Positions 1 through 8,923 of a DNA stretch of 41,512 nt are shown here, piece by piece; the first letter of the stretch is position 1; every line of letters begins with the position of its first letter. The stretch spans positions 1 through 41,512 of the forward strand of contig JBBISQ010000006.1 of NCBI GenBank assembly GCA_037441155.1. The letters are read 5' to 3'. Below the pieces are notes generated by a model. The model was not told where the DNA came from, ran no database searches, and saw nothing but the letters and a program-made list of their open reading frames with translations. A program made the position numbers and the translations under genes. This DNA comes from Candidatus Fraserbacteria bacterium (lineage in GTDB: Bacteria; Bipolaricaulota; Bipolaricaulia; RBG-16-55-9; DRXL01).

Positions 1-353
1 CCCACCCCCAGCAACAACAACGGCAGCTCGACGTTCTCATACGCTGTGAGCACCGGGACGAGATTAAAAGTCTGAAAGACAAACCCCAAGCGCCGCCGCC
101 GCACCCAGGCCAACTCTTTCGCCGAGAGCTGGGAGATGTCATGCCCTTCCAGGACAATCCGCCCCGACGTGGGCTTGTCCAGACAGCCAATGAGATTGAG
201 CAGCGTCGTCTTGCCCGATCCCGACGGACCAGCAATGCACAGAAACTCCCCGCGCGCAATCTCTAACGAAACGCCGCGCAGGGCCTTCACGACAGTACGG
301 CCCATCGCGTACTCTTTTGTGACGTGCTCGACGCGGACGACGGCTTCGCTCAT
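1..353 (-). CDS. ABC transporter ATP-binding protein (MacB/LolD-like), 5' part only; runs off the left edge of the window
   Basis: Not in ORF track (no stop in window). Reverse translation from ATG (rc of 351-353): MSEAVVRVEHVTKEYAMGRTVVKALRGVSLEIARGEFLCIAGPSGSGKTTLLNLIGCLDKPTSGRI... with Walker A GPSGSGKTT. ATGA start/stop overlap (350-353) with the upstream gene. Confidence 0.9.
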   Translation of the reverse strand, partial: MSEAVVRVEHVTKEYAMGRTVVKALRGVSLEIARGEFLCIAGPSGSGKTTLLNLIGCLDKPTSGRIVLEGHDISQLSAKELAWVRRRRLGFVFQTFNLVPVLTAYENVELPLLLLGV

Positions 354-1105
354 GGCTTCTTGCAGGACTCTAAAAGAGCTTCTTTGGTGAACATCGAATC
401 CGGTAGCTCCCTGATCTCCATCTCCGAGATGGTCATCACCGTCTTTGTCCCCGCTTCGAGCGCGTTCTCTATCGTGATCTTGCTGGGGCGCAGCGCGCCA
501 CCGAGCTCCTTGCGCTCGGCATAGATCGCTCGGCGCAGCAGCTTGCCCGTCTCGGTGTAGAACTCGCTCTGCAGGGGCAGAAAATTTTCGGCATCTACCC
601 AGTAGAGAATCCGCGCGAAGGGCACGGTCTCATCTTTTGCTGTCAGCTCTAACTTATATGCCGGACGGTCTTGGACTCTCTCGGTGCCCACGAGCTTGGC
701 GTTGTAGTCTTTCACTAAATCTACTCTCAAGACGTCAGCAACGGTGAAGCTCGTGCCGAGCACGTTCTGCCGCGCGCTCAACGGGACGATCCGACAATTT
801 TCGGGGAAGAGAATGACGACCTCGTCGCCGACTCTTAAGATCTTTTGTCCTTTGGCGTCCTCGGGGGCGAGCACTTCTAACAGGGCTTTATCGCTGCCCT
901 TCTTGAAGACTTTTAGTTCATAAGCGCTCGAAAGCTCGCCCTTCTCAAAGTTCTCCAATTTATTGAGCGAGACGAACTGCTCCGGGTAGCTCGACTCGAC
1001 AGATCTTTTGAGAATCTCTTCCGCCGAGGGCTGCTGCCCCCACCCCAGACCAACGACTATGAAGCCCACTGTGAGAACGATCCCAACAACGCGTATCACG
1101 TTCAT
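350..1105 (-). CDS. LolA-like (outer-membrane lipoprotein-sorting family) exported protein
   Basis: 251-aa ORF. ATG at 1105 is preceded by GAAGGAGG (rc of 1112-1119). N-terminal hydrophobic anchor/signal VVGIVLTVGFIVVGLGWG. Sequence style and position between an FtsX permease and an ABC ATPase fit the LolA-like family as I remember it; no search run. Confidence 0.6.
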   Translation of the reverse strand: MNVIRVVGIVLTVGFIVVGLGWGQQPSAEEILKRSVESSYPEQFVSLNKLENFEKGELSSAYELKVFKKGSDKALLEVLAPEDAKGQKILRVGDEVVILFPENCRIVPLSARQNVLGTSFTVADVLRVDLVKDYNAKLVGTERVQDRPAYKLELTAKDETVPFARILYWVDAENFLPLQSEFYTETGKLLRRAIYAERKELGGALRPSKITIENALEAGTKTVMTISEMEIRELPDSMFTKEALLESCKKP

Positions 1106-1137
1106 AGCACGCCTCCTTCTCTCTTATTTACTCGGTC

Positions 1138-1173
1138 TCCGTGCCTTCCGTGTCCATTTCCGCGCTTTCCGTG
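1138..1173 (-). repeat. Four direct copies of TCCG(T/C)G (CACGGA/CGCGGA on the mRNA strand) in the permease/LolA-like intercistronic spacer
   Basis: Copies at 1138-1143, 1147-1152, 1159-1164 and 1168-1173 (spacing 9/12/9 nt), between the stop at 1177 and the SD at 1112-1119. Confidence 0.5.
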
Positions 1174-1176
1174 ATT

Positions 1177-2403
1177 CTACACATGTCGCAGTGCCTGCAC
1201 CGGCTCTTGCTTGGACGCAATATACGCTGGATAGAGTGCCGCAAGAACTGCGACAACTTGCGCGAGCACAAAGAACATCCCCAGCATCCCCCAGGAAAAC
1301 TCTGCGTAAAACGTCGTTCCGATCGGCGCGTTGACGAACTGAGAGGCTTGGGTGATCGTGATCCCTACGACCGAAAAATATTTTAAGAGCGCACCACCGA
1401 TCCCAACGCCCATCAGCCCGCCCGCTGCCCCCAGAATCGCGCTCTCTAGCAGAAAGAGCACACGGATCTCCCCTGGCGTCATCCCCAGAGCCATGAGCGT
1501 CCCGATCTCCCGCACCCGCTCAAAGACCGACATCAGCATCGTGTTGACGATCCCCAACGTCGCAATGAGTATCACCACAAACGAAATGATCGCGATGAGT
1601 TGCCGCCGTGCTGCCAACAGCTCGAAGATCGCTGCGCCCAGCTCGCGCCACGTCTGCACCTCAAAGCTGTCATCGCTGAATCTTTCCCGAATCGCTTGAG
1701 CGACGGGGTCGGCCTGATCGGCGTCGTTGAGCATCAGAGTGATCTCCGTGACCTGCCCTGCCATGCGCAAGAGCTTCTGGGCATCGGGCAGAGCTAACGC
1801 GAGCACAGAGTTATCTATCTGGCTGTAGCCCGTGGCGAAGATACCCTTGATCTCAACGTCAATAGAATTGAGAGCGCCCTTGGCCGTCGTCGCCACGAGT
1901 GTGAGCAGATCGCCGACGCTGACTTTCAGATCGTGGGCGAGCTGGGCACCGATGAGGGCGTAGCCGGCTTTCTCTGAAAGATACTCTCCCTCGACGATCT
2001 TTGTGGCGATGACGCCGTCGCGTTCTGCGTGGGGATCGAAGCCCAATCCCAACACTCCCAAACTCTCGCTGCCGGTGCTGACGATCACGGGAAAGCGCAA
2101 TCTGGGGGAGACGCTCTTCACACCGGGAATTTCTTTGAGCTTCTGAACGACACTCTCATAATCTCTGATGGCGATGTCCAAGGGCATGAGACGGGCTTTC
2201 TCTTGGTAGCCGCGGGCGTGAATCTGAATGTGCCCGGTCTGAGCCTTAATGAAGTTATCTGTGAATTGTTTATCTACTCCTTGAATGAAGCCATAGAAGA
2301 AGAGCACTAATACTAATCCGAGCCCAATGGCGATGAACGTGATGGCGCTGCGGCGCTTGTTGCGCAAGAGGTTGCGTGCGGCGAGCTTCAGAAAGACCCA
2401 CAT
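1177..2403 (-). CDS. ABC transporter permease, FtsX/MacB-LolE type
   Basis: 408 aa. N-terminal TM (ITFIAIGLGLVLVLFFYGF), large extracytoplasmic domain, and a C-terminal FtsX-like bundle (VREIGTLMALGMTPGEIRVLFLLESAILGAAGG). ATG at 2403. Confidence 0.85.
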   Translation of the reverse strand: MWVFLKLAARNLLRNKRRSAITFIAIGLGLVLVLFFYGFIQGVDKQFTDNFIKAQTGHIQIHARGYQEKARLMPLDIAIRDYESVVQKLKEIPGVKSVSPRLRFPVIVSTGSESLGVLGLGFDPHAERDGVIATKIVEGEYLSEKAGYALIGAQLAHDLKVSVGDLLTLVATTAKGALNSIDVEIKGIFATGYSQIDNSVLALALPDAQKLLRMAGQVTEITLMLNDADQADPVAQAIRERFSDDSFEVQTWRELGAAIFELLAARRQLIAIISFVVILIATLGIVNTMLMSVFERVREIGTLMALGMTPGEIRVLFLLESAILGAAGGLMGVGIGGALLKYFSVVGITITQASQFVNAPIGTTFYAEFSWGMLGMFFVLAQVVAVLAALYPAYIASKQEPVQALRHV

Positions 2404-2417
2404 AGGGTTCTAGTTTA

Positions 2418-3152
2418 TCATATTTTGTATCCTCGCACCGTCATGCTGTAGAAACCAGCCGTCTCCGGCATGGCGCTGTGGGCAATGACTTCGACGCGCT
2501 CAAAGCCCGCCTCAGAGATAATTCTGAGATACTCTCTGTCTTCAACTGCTCCGGCCAGACACCCAGCCCATGCTGTAAGATCGCCTTTCAAGAAATTCAC
2601 TATCTTCCCGCGGGTCACGATATCTGAAACGATCAGTCTTCCCCCAGGCTTGAGCACTCGGAACGCCTCAGAAAAAGCTCTCGCCTTGTCCGGCACAAGG
2701 TTGACAACACAATTGCTGATGACAACGTCAACAGAAGCGTCTGCGAGGGGAAGCGCCTCAATCTCACCGAGCAGAAATTTGACGTTGGTGAAGCCCATCT
2801 TCTGCGCACTGGCCCGCGCGCGCTCGACCATCGCTTCGGTCATGTCTACGCCGATCGCACGCCCGCGCGGGCCGACTTTTTGAGCTGCGAGAAAGACATC
2901 AATCCCGCCGCCGCTGCCCAAATCCAAAACGGTCTCGCCCTCGCGTAAGTCTGCAAAAGCTACAGGGCTGCCACAGCCCGCACCGACGCTGAGCACATCG
3001 TCGCTCAGCTTGGCCAACTCTTCTTGAGAGTACCCAATCAGCTCTAAGTGCTCCGCGTCGCCGCAGCAACTTCTGCCTTGCTGGGCGAGCTGGCCATAAT
3101 AGCCCTTCACTGTCTGCTTGATCTCTCGTGATGATGGCATATTCTTTTCCAT
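2418..3152 (-). CDS. SAM-dependent methyltransferase, arsenite methyltransferase (ArsM)-like
   Basis: 244 aa. SAM motif VLDLGSGGGIDVF. The cysteine set typical of ArsM is present: CCG near the N-terminus, GAGCGSP, SNCVVNLV and WAGCLAGA. Confidence 0.75.
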   Translation of the reverse strand: MEKNMPSSREIKQTVKGYYGQLAQQGRSCCGDAEHLELIGYSQEELAKLSDDVLSVGAGCGSPVAFADLREGETVLDLGSGGGIDVFLAAQKVGPRGRAIGVDMTEAMVERARASAQKMGFTNVKFLLGEIEALPLADASVDVVISNCVVNLVPDKARAFSEAFRVLKPGGRLIVSDIVTRGKIVNFLKGDLTAWAGCLAGAVEDREYLRIISEAGFERVEVIAHSAMPETAGFYSMTVRGYKI

Positions 3153-3240
3153 GAAAAAAGAATCTTTTTGCTATGGTTTTTTCAGAAACTTCGCTCTATG
3201 TAATAAAAGCGAGGGATAGTCCACCCCACTCCGATACACA

Positions 3241-3268
3241 GGGGGCTCTCATACTCTATAGAGCCCCC
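3241..3268 (-). terminator. Stem-loop downstream of rplM (possible terminator/insulator)
   Basis: Perfect 9-bp stem GGGGGCTCT (3241-3249) / AGAGCCCCC (3260-3268) with a 10-nt loop, 26 nt after the rplM stop. There is only a weak U-rich tail on the minus-strand RNA. Confidence 0.4.
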
Positions 3269-3293
3269 TCCCCCTCTCTTCGGGCTTTCTGCG

Positions 3294-3731
3294 CTATAGG
3301 GGCTTGGGGTTCTGCGCATGGTGGGGATGCTCAGCACCGGGATACACCTTGAGCTTTTTGAGCATCCGACGCCCCAGCACCGTCTTGGGGAGCATGTTCT
3401 TGACAGCCTCTTCCAGGGGCTTCGTCGGGTGCTTCTCTATCAGCTGCTCAAACGTCCACTCCCTGATCCCGCCGGGGTAGCCCGAATAGTGAAAGTACTT
3501 CTTCTGAGAGAACTTCTTCCCCGTCACTTTGATCTCCTTGGCGTTGATGACGACCACGTAATCGCCCACGTCCACGTGCGGGGTATACTCGGGCTTATGC
3601 TTGCCCATGAGAATCTTGGCGATCCTCGACGCCAGCCGGCCCAACGTCTGTCCCTTGGCGTCGATCACCACCCAGTTTCGCTGGAACTTTGTGCCCAATT
3701 CTTCCCGCTTCATCAGGGTTGAATGCTGCAT
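3294..3731 (-). CDS. rplM: 50S ribosomal protein L13 (uL13)
   Basis: ...[50 protein letters not shown]... is classic L13. Start moved to the ATG at 3731, which is preceded by GGAGG (rc of 3736-3740). The ORF-track start at 3851 would add 40 non-homologous residues. Confidence 0.93.
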   Translation of the reverse strand: MQHSTLMKREELGTKFQRNWVVIDAKGQTLGRLASRIAKILMGKHKPEYTPHVDVGDYVVVINAKEIKVTGKKFSQKKYFHYSGYPGGIREWTFEQLIEKHPTKPLEEAVKNMLPKTVLGRRMLKKLKVYPGAEHPHHAQNPKPL

Positions 3732-3767
3732 ACTTCCTCCAGGTTGCACAGGTGCGATGAATATGCT

Positions 3768-3796
3768 ATCATAACGCACTGCGGGGCAAATTGCAA
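3768..3796 (-). promoter_or_regulatory. Candidate sigma70-type promoter for rplM (TTGCAA-17-TATGAT)
   Basis: On the minus strand: TTGCAA (3791-3796), a 17-nt spacer, then TATGAT (rc of 3768-3773). The predicted TSS lies about 30 nt upstream of the rplM ATG. Confidence 0.5.
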
Positions 3797-3812
3797 AGAG
3801 TCCATCTCGTGC

Positions 3813-3841
3813 TTGACAGAAAGGGCCGTATATTTTATAAT
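3813..3841 (+). promoter_or_regulatory. Consensus sigma70-type promoter of the rpsL super-operon (TTGACA-17-TATAAT)
   Basis: TTGACA at 3813-3818, an exact 17-nt spacer, then TATAAT at 3836-3841, in an AT-richer intergenic region about 100 nt upstream of rpsL. Confidence 0.7.
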
Positions 3842-3945
3842 GGCCCCACACGCAAGGGATTCGTTTTGCCCTAGCGGTTCGTCATCTTTTCTCCAACGTT
3901 GCCAGCAGCACAATACGCTGTCAGGTAACAGCAGAAGGAGCTTAT

Positions 3946-4347
3946 ATGCCAACGTTGAATCAGTTGGTGCGCTACGGGCGCACCCCGATCAAGAAGATCA
4001 ACCGGCGGTCTCAGGCGCTGGAGCACTGTCCGCAGAAGCGGGGGGTCTGTGTGCGCGTCTTCACCAAGACGCCCAAGAAGCCCAACTCGGCCCTGCGGAA
4101 AGTGGCCCGCGTGCGCCTCAGCAATAAGCAGATGGTCACGGCGTATATCGGGGGCGAGGGGCACAATCTGCAGGAGCACTCGATGGTGCTGGTGCGCGGG
4201 GGCCGCGTCAAGGACTTGCCCGGCGTGAACTATCACATCATCCGTGGGGCTTTGGACTCCGCAGGGGTCGAGGGCCGCAAGCGCGGACGCTCCAAGTACG
4301 GCGTCAAGAGGAGCGCTGCGGCTGCAGCCCCCGGCGCCGCTGCCTAA
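3946..4347 (+). CDS. rpsL: 30S ribosomal protein S12 (uS12)
   Basis: [12 protein letters not shown]...[17 protein letters not shown]...; SD GAAGGAG at 3934-3940. Confidence 0.98.
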   Translation: MPTLNQLVRYGRTPIKKINRRSQALEHCPQKRGVCVRVFTKTPKKPNSALRKVARVRLSNKQMVTAYIGGEGHNLQEHSMVLVRGGRVKDLPGVNYHIIRGALDSAGVEGRKRGRSKYGVKRSAAAAAPGAAA

Positions 4348-4378
4348 CGGGAAGAAGCACTAAGGAGAATGATCGGCC

Positions 4379-4858
4379 ATGACCCAGCATGTGATGGATC
4401 GGGTGATTCCGGGGCGGCCTGTCCCGCCCGATGTGCGCTATAACAGCCCGACCGTCGAGAAGCTCATCAACTACGTGATGCGCGAGGGGAAGAAATCGCT
4501 CGCGCGGCGGATCGTCTATGGCGCGTTTGACATCGTGCAGGAGAAGACGGGGGAGAACCCCCTCGAGGTCTTCTTTAAAGCCCTGGGGAACTGTATGCCC
4601 AAGCTGGAGACGCGCTCGCGGCGCGTGGGCGGCTCGGCGTACCAAGTCCCCTATGAGGTCGAGGAGGATCGCCAGCGGACGCTGGCCCTGCGTTGGCTGG
4701 TCGGAGCGGCCCGCGAGCGCGGCGAACGGGATATGGCGGAACGGCTCGCGGCTGAGATACTCGATGCCCTCAAAGGGCAGGGCAAGGCTATAGAGAAGAA
4801 GAACGAAGCCCACCGCATGGCTGAAGCCAACCGCCCCTTCGCCCACTACCGTTGGTAA
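4379..4858 (+). CDS. rpsG: 30S ribosomal protein S7 (uS7)
   Basis: ...[26 protein letters not shown]...[12 protein letters not shown]...[10 protein letters not shown]; AAGGAG at 4362-4367. A start at an internal Met (codon 6) is possible. Confidence 0.95.
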   Translation: MTQHVMDRVIPGRPVPPDVRYNSPTVEKLINYVMREGKKSLARRIVYGAFDIVQEKTGENPLEVFFKALGNCMPKLETRSRRVGGSAYQVPYEVEEDRQRTLALRWLVGAARERGERDMAERLAAEILDALKGQGKAIEKKNEAHRMAEANRPFAHYRW

Positions 4859-4878
4859 TCCCCCTCGGGTGATCCCGT

Positions 4879-6972
4879 ATGAAATCGCTCGGATACGATA
4901 TTGAGAAAATTCGTAACATCGGGGTCATTGCCCACATTGACGCGGGCAAGACCACGACCACCGAGCGATTGCTCTTCTACACCGGGAGAATTCATGACAT
5001 TGGCGATGTAGACGAGGGCGACACCGAGATGGACTGGATGCCCCAAGAGCGTGAGCGCGGCATCACCATCACCTCGGCGGCGACGACGTGCTTCTGGAGA
5101 GACCATCAGATTAACATTATAGATACGCCCGGCCATGTGGACTTCACCGCCGAAGTCGAGCGCTCGTTGCGAGTTTTAGACGGGGCGATCACCATCTTCT
5201 CGGCGGTTGACGGTGTCGAACCCCAGTCGGAACAAGTCTGGCGCCAAGCCGATAAGTACGCGATCCCCCGGATCGCTTATATTAATAAGATGGACCGTAT
5301 CGGGGCAAACTTCCACGCCGCCGTCGAGTCTATGGTCCACAAGTTGGCGGTCACGCCCTTGCCGTTGCAGATCCCCTACGGCGAGGGCGATCAATTCTCT
5401 GGGGTTATCGACTTGATAAAACAGAAATTGATCGTCTGGGACCCAGCATCCAAGGGGGCGCGCTACGAATACCAAGAGATTCCAAGCGAATATCAAGAGC
5501 AGGCCCAGCACGCCCGCGATCATCTCTTGGAGGCGCTGGCCGAGGGTGACGAGGAGATTTTGACCAAGTTCTTAGAGGGGCAGCCCCTCACTGAAGAGGA
5601 GATCAAGCGGGCTGTGCGCAGGGCCTGCATCTCTCGCGATGACTTCGTGCCGGTGCTGCTCGGCTCTTCTTTGAATAATATAGGGATCCAGCCGTTGCTC
5701 GATGCCATTGTGGACTATCTGCCCAGCCCGTTAGATCGCGGGGTCATCGAGGGGCTGAGCGTCAACGGTACCAGCGCTGACGGGGCCAAGATCCAGCGCC
5801 GCCCCACCCCCGATGATCCGCTCGCGGCTCTCGCCTTCAAAGTCCAAACGGACGAATACACGGGACGGCTGGTCTATGTTCGCGTCTATAGCGGCAAACT
5901 CACCAAAGGCTCGTACGTCCTCAACAGCACCACGGGGAAGACCGAGAGAATCTCACGTATATTCCACATGCACGCCAACAAGCGCACCGAAGTCGATGAG
6001 GTGTTGGCGGGCAATATCGCGGCCGTCGTCGGCCCCAAAGAGCTGATTACGGGGGATACGATCTGCGATCCCAACGCGCCCATTCTCTTAGAAAAGATCG
6101 AGTTCCCCGAACCCGTGGTGATGGCCGCCGTTGAGCCCAAGACCGACGCCGAAGAGAACAAGCTGAGCGAAGCCCTCTACAAGCTTGCCCAAGAAGATCC
6201 AACGTTCCGATACAAAGTCGACCCTGAGACCAATCAGATGATCATCGCGGGGATGGGCGAGTTGCACTTGGAAATTCTCTTTGATCGGCTCAAGCGGGAG
6301 TTCCGCGTCGAGGCGAACATGGGGCGCCCGCAGGTCGCCTATCGGGAGACGCTGGCGGAGCCCATCGAGATCGAAGAGAAGTTTGTCAAGCAGACGGGTG
6401 GGCGCGGCCAGTACGCGCACGTCTGCATTCGCTTCGAGCCGCTGCCGCGGGGGAGCGGCTTTGAGTTCGTTGACGAGGTCAAGGGCGGGGTCATCCCCAG
6501 GGAGTTCATTCCCGCAGTGCAGAAGGGCTTGGAGGAGTCTTTGGCCAGCGGGCCGCTGGGGGGATTCCCCATTGTAGACATTCGCGCGGTGCTCTTCTAC
6601 GGCTCGTCGCACCCTGTAGATTCGAGCGAGATCGCGTTTAAGACTGCAGCAGCACGCGCCTTGACCCAAGCCTTCGAGAGGGCCAAGACGCTCCTGCTCG
6701 AACCGATCATGATGTGCGAGATCGTCACCCCCGAAGAGTACGTCGGTGAAATTATTACGGACGTGCAATCGCGCCGCGCTCAGATCACCACGATGGAGGT
6801 CCGGCATAATACCCAGATCATTCACGCGCTCATCCCGTTGGCTGAGACGTTCGGCTACGCGACGCAGTTGCGCTCGATCTCGCAGGGGCGTGCTACATAT
6901 AATTTGCGGTTCTCACACTATGATGTCGTGCCAAACACTCTCAAAGAAGAGATTCTGAAGGGGAGAAAGTAA
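4879..6972 (+). CDS. fusA: Elongation factor G
   Basis: 697 aa; GTPase motifs AHIDAGKTT, DTPGHVDF and NKMD, plus EF-G domains IV/V. Confidence 0.98.
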   Translation: MKSLGYDIEKIRNIGVIAHIDAGKTTTTERLLFYTGRIHDIGDVDEGDTEMDWMPQERERGITITSAATTCFWRDHQINIIDTPGHVDFTAEVERSLRVLDGAITIFSAVDGVEPQSEQVWRQADKYAIPRIAYINKMDRIGANFHAAVESMVHKLAVTPLPLQIPYGEGDQFSGVIDLIKQKLIVWDPASKGARYEYQEIPSEYQEQAQHARDHLLEALAEGDEEILTKFLEGQPLTEEEIKRAVRRACISRDDFVPVLLGSSLNNIGIQPLLDAIVDYLPSPLDRGVIEGLSVNGTSADGAKIQRRPTPDDPLAALAFKVQTDEYTGRLVYVRVYSGKLTKGSYVLNSTTGKTERISRIFHMHANKRTEVDEVLAGNIAAVVGPKELITGDTICDPNAPILLEKIEFPEPVVMAAVEPKTDAEENKLSEALYKLAQEDPTFRYKVDPETNQMIIAGMGELHLEILFDRLKREFRVEANMGRPQVAYRETLAEPIEIEEKFVKQTGGRGQYAHVCIRFEPLPRGSGFEFVDEVKGGVIPREFIPAVQKGLEESLASGPLGGFPIVDIRAVLFYGSSHPVDSSEIAFKTAAARALTQAFERAKTLLLEPIMMCEIVTPEEYVGEIITDVQSRRAQITTMEVRHNTQIIHALIPLAETFGYATQLRSISQGRATYNLRFSHYDVVPNTLKEEILKGRK

Positions 6973-7281
6973 ATGGCTCGAGAGAAGATTCGCATTCGCT
7001 TGAAAGGGTACGACCACGAACTGGTGGATGATGCGACCCGCAAGATCGTCAAGACCGCGCAGGAGACGCGGGCGAAGATCATCGGGCCGGTGCCGTTGCC
7101 CACTGAAGTCCATCGGTATACGGTGTTGCGCTCGCCCCACGTCAATAAGAAATCTATGGAGCATTTTGAGCGGCGCGTCCATAAGAGACTGATTGACATC
7201 AAAGAACCGACATCGGAGACGATCAACGCTCTGATGGACATCGAGCTGCCGGCGGGCATTGACATCGAGGTGAAGCTGTGA
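6973..7281 (+). CDS. rpsJ: 30S ribosomal protein S10 (uS10)
   Basis: [19 protein letters not shown]...[16 protein letters not shown]...; the ATG directly abuts the fusA stop. Confidence 0.97.
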   Translation: MAREKIRIRLKGYDHELVDDATRKIVKTAQETRAKIIGPVPLPTEVHRYTVLRSPHVNKKSMEHFERRVHKRLIDIKEPTSETINALMDIELPAGIDIEVKL

Positions 7282-7282
7282 T

Positions 7283-7909
7283 ATGGCTCTGGGGATTTTG
7301 GGCGAGAAAGCTGGGATGATCACGTGGTTTGACGCCGAGGGCAAGGCTGTTGCGGCTACCGTGCTCTATGCGGAGCCCTCAGTGATCACCCAGGTCAAAT
7401 CCGTGGAGACCGACGGGTATAACGCCATCCAAGTCGGGTACGGCAAGGTCAAAGAGAAGAACGTGACCAAGCCCCTCAGAGGGCACTTTCACAAGGCTGG
7501 GCTCCCCGCGAAGCGCACCCTGCGGGAGTTCCGTGTGGACCAGATTGACGAGTATAAAGTCGGGCAGGAGCTAAGCGTGGCGCTCTTTCAGGAGGGGGAG
7601 CTCGTTCATGTCAGCGGGATTTCCAAGGGCAAGGGGTTTGCGGGCGTGATGAAGCGCCACGATTTTTCGGGTGGCCCGGACTCCCACGGCATGAGCAAGT
7701 GGCACCGCCGTCCGGGGACGATTGGGAGCATCCGCGCCACGGGAAGGACGTTTAAGGGCTGGCGCATGGCCGGTCATATGGGGCATGAGCGCGTGACTGT
7801 CAGAAATCTCAAAGTGCTTAAGGTCTATCCCGACAAGAACGTGCTGATAGTGCAGGGGGCCGTTCCCGGTCCACGGCGCAGCCTTGTCGAGATTCGCAAA
7901 GCAACATAA
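7283..7909 (+). CDS. rplC: 50S ribosomal protein L3 (uL3)
   Basis: MALGILGEKAGMITWFD...GKGFAGVMKRHDFSGGP..HG.SKWHRRPGSIG pattern. Confidence 0.97.
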   Translation: MALGILGEKAGMITWFDAEGKAVAATVLYAEPSVITQVKSVETDGYNAIQVGYGKVKEKNVTKPLRGHFHKAGLPAKRTLREFRVDQIDEYKVGQELSVALFQEGELVHVSGISKGKGFAGVMKRHDFSGGPDSHGMSKWHRRPGTIGSIRATGRTFKGWRMAGHMGHERVTVRNLKVLKVYPDKNVLIVQGAVPGPRRSLVEIRKAT

Positions 7910-7927
7910 CTAACAGGGTGAACGCCT

Positions 7928-8623
7928 ATGGCTGAAGGAGAGAAGAGATTGGTGGCACCGCTGTATAGATTCGATGGCGGCCCCGCGGGGCAGATCGAGC
8001 TGAGCGACAAGCTCTTCGGCTACAAAGTGAATAGAGATCTGCTCTATCGCGCGGTGCGGGTCTATCTGATGAACTTGCGGCAAGGGACGCACTCGACCAA
8101 GACCCGCGGCGAGGTTGTGGGGTCGGGGAAGAAGCCCTGGCCCCAGAAGCACACGGGGCGGGCACGCCATGGGATGCGCCGCTCCCCTCTGTGGCGCAAG
8201 GGGGGCGTCGTCTTCGGCCCCAAGCCCAAAGACTACTCGCTCGAGCTGCCCAAGAAGATGCGTCGGCGCGCGTTGCAGTCGGCACTGCTCGCCAAGCTGC
8301 GCGACTCCCAGTTGGGCGTCTTAGACCGGATTCTCTTTGAAAAGCCCAAAACGAAAGAGGGCGTGCAGATGTTCACACGCATCGGTTTGGTGAAGGACAC
8401 GAAAGGGATCCAAGAGACGCAGAATCAGTTTCTGCTTGTGGTCTCTCAGAAGGAGTACGGGCTGGCGGTGAAGAAGACGTTTGCGAATCTGCCGTGGGCC
8501 AAGTGTGTGGAGTCTGGGAGCGTCACCGTGTATGATATTCTGAAGTACGGGTATCTGCTGGTGACTCAACAAGCACTGAGCGAGCTGGAAGCCCGCTGTC
8601 TTCTCAAGGGGACGGTGAACTGA
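7928..8623 (+). CDS. rplD: 50S ribosomal protein L4 (uL4)
   Basis: ...RQGTHSTKTRGEVVGSGKKPWPQKHTGRARHG..RSPLWRKGGVVFGPKP...; 231 aa. Confidence 0.95.
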   Translation: MAEGEKRLVAPLYRFDGGPAGQIELSDKLFGYKVNRDLLYRAVRVYLMNLRQGTHSTKTRGEVVGSGKKPWPQKHTGRARHGMRRSPLWRKGGVVFGPKPKDYSLELPKKMRRRALQSALLAKLRDSQLGVLDRILFEKPKTKEGVQMFTRIGLVKDTKGIQETQNQFLLVVSQKEYGLAVKKTFANLPWAKCVESGSVTVYDILKYGYLLVTQQALSELEARCLLKGTVN

Positions 8624-8624
8624 G

Positions 8625-8915
8625 ATGGACTTTCTCGAGGACGTTCTGCGTGAGCCGGTGATCAGTGAGAAGGGGTGGCGTCTGCAAGAACAGAACAAAT
8701 ATGTCTTCGACGTGCACCCCAAGGCGAATAAGAATCAGATTAAGCGGGCCGTCGAGAGTATTTTCAAAGTGAAAGTGTTGAAGGTCTGGGCGCTGAATAT
8801 GCCCAGCAAGCCCCGGAAGAAGAAGTTCTATCAGGAGGGGCGGCTCCCCGGTTGGAAGAAGGCGATTGTCCAAGTTGCCGAGGGGCAACGCATCGAAGTC
8901 TATAGCAAAGGGTGA
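8625..8915 (+). CDS. rplW: 50S ribosomal protein L23 (uL23)
   Basis: ...[40 protein letters not shown]...; operon position. Confidence 0.95.
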   Translation: MDFLEDVLREPVISEKGWRLQEQNKYVFDVHPKANKNQIKRAVESIFKVKVLKVWALNMPSKPRKKKFYQEGRLPGWKKAIVQVAEGQRIEVYSKG

Positions 8916-8923
8916 GGAAGCAG

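Noticed and set aside
136-390. 84-aa + ORF at the left edge
   Set aside because: It is antisense to the ABC ATPase N-terminus, whose Walker A motif makes the minus frame certain.
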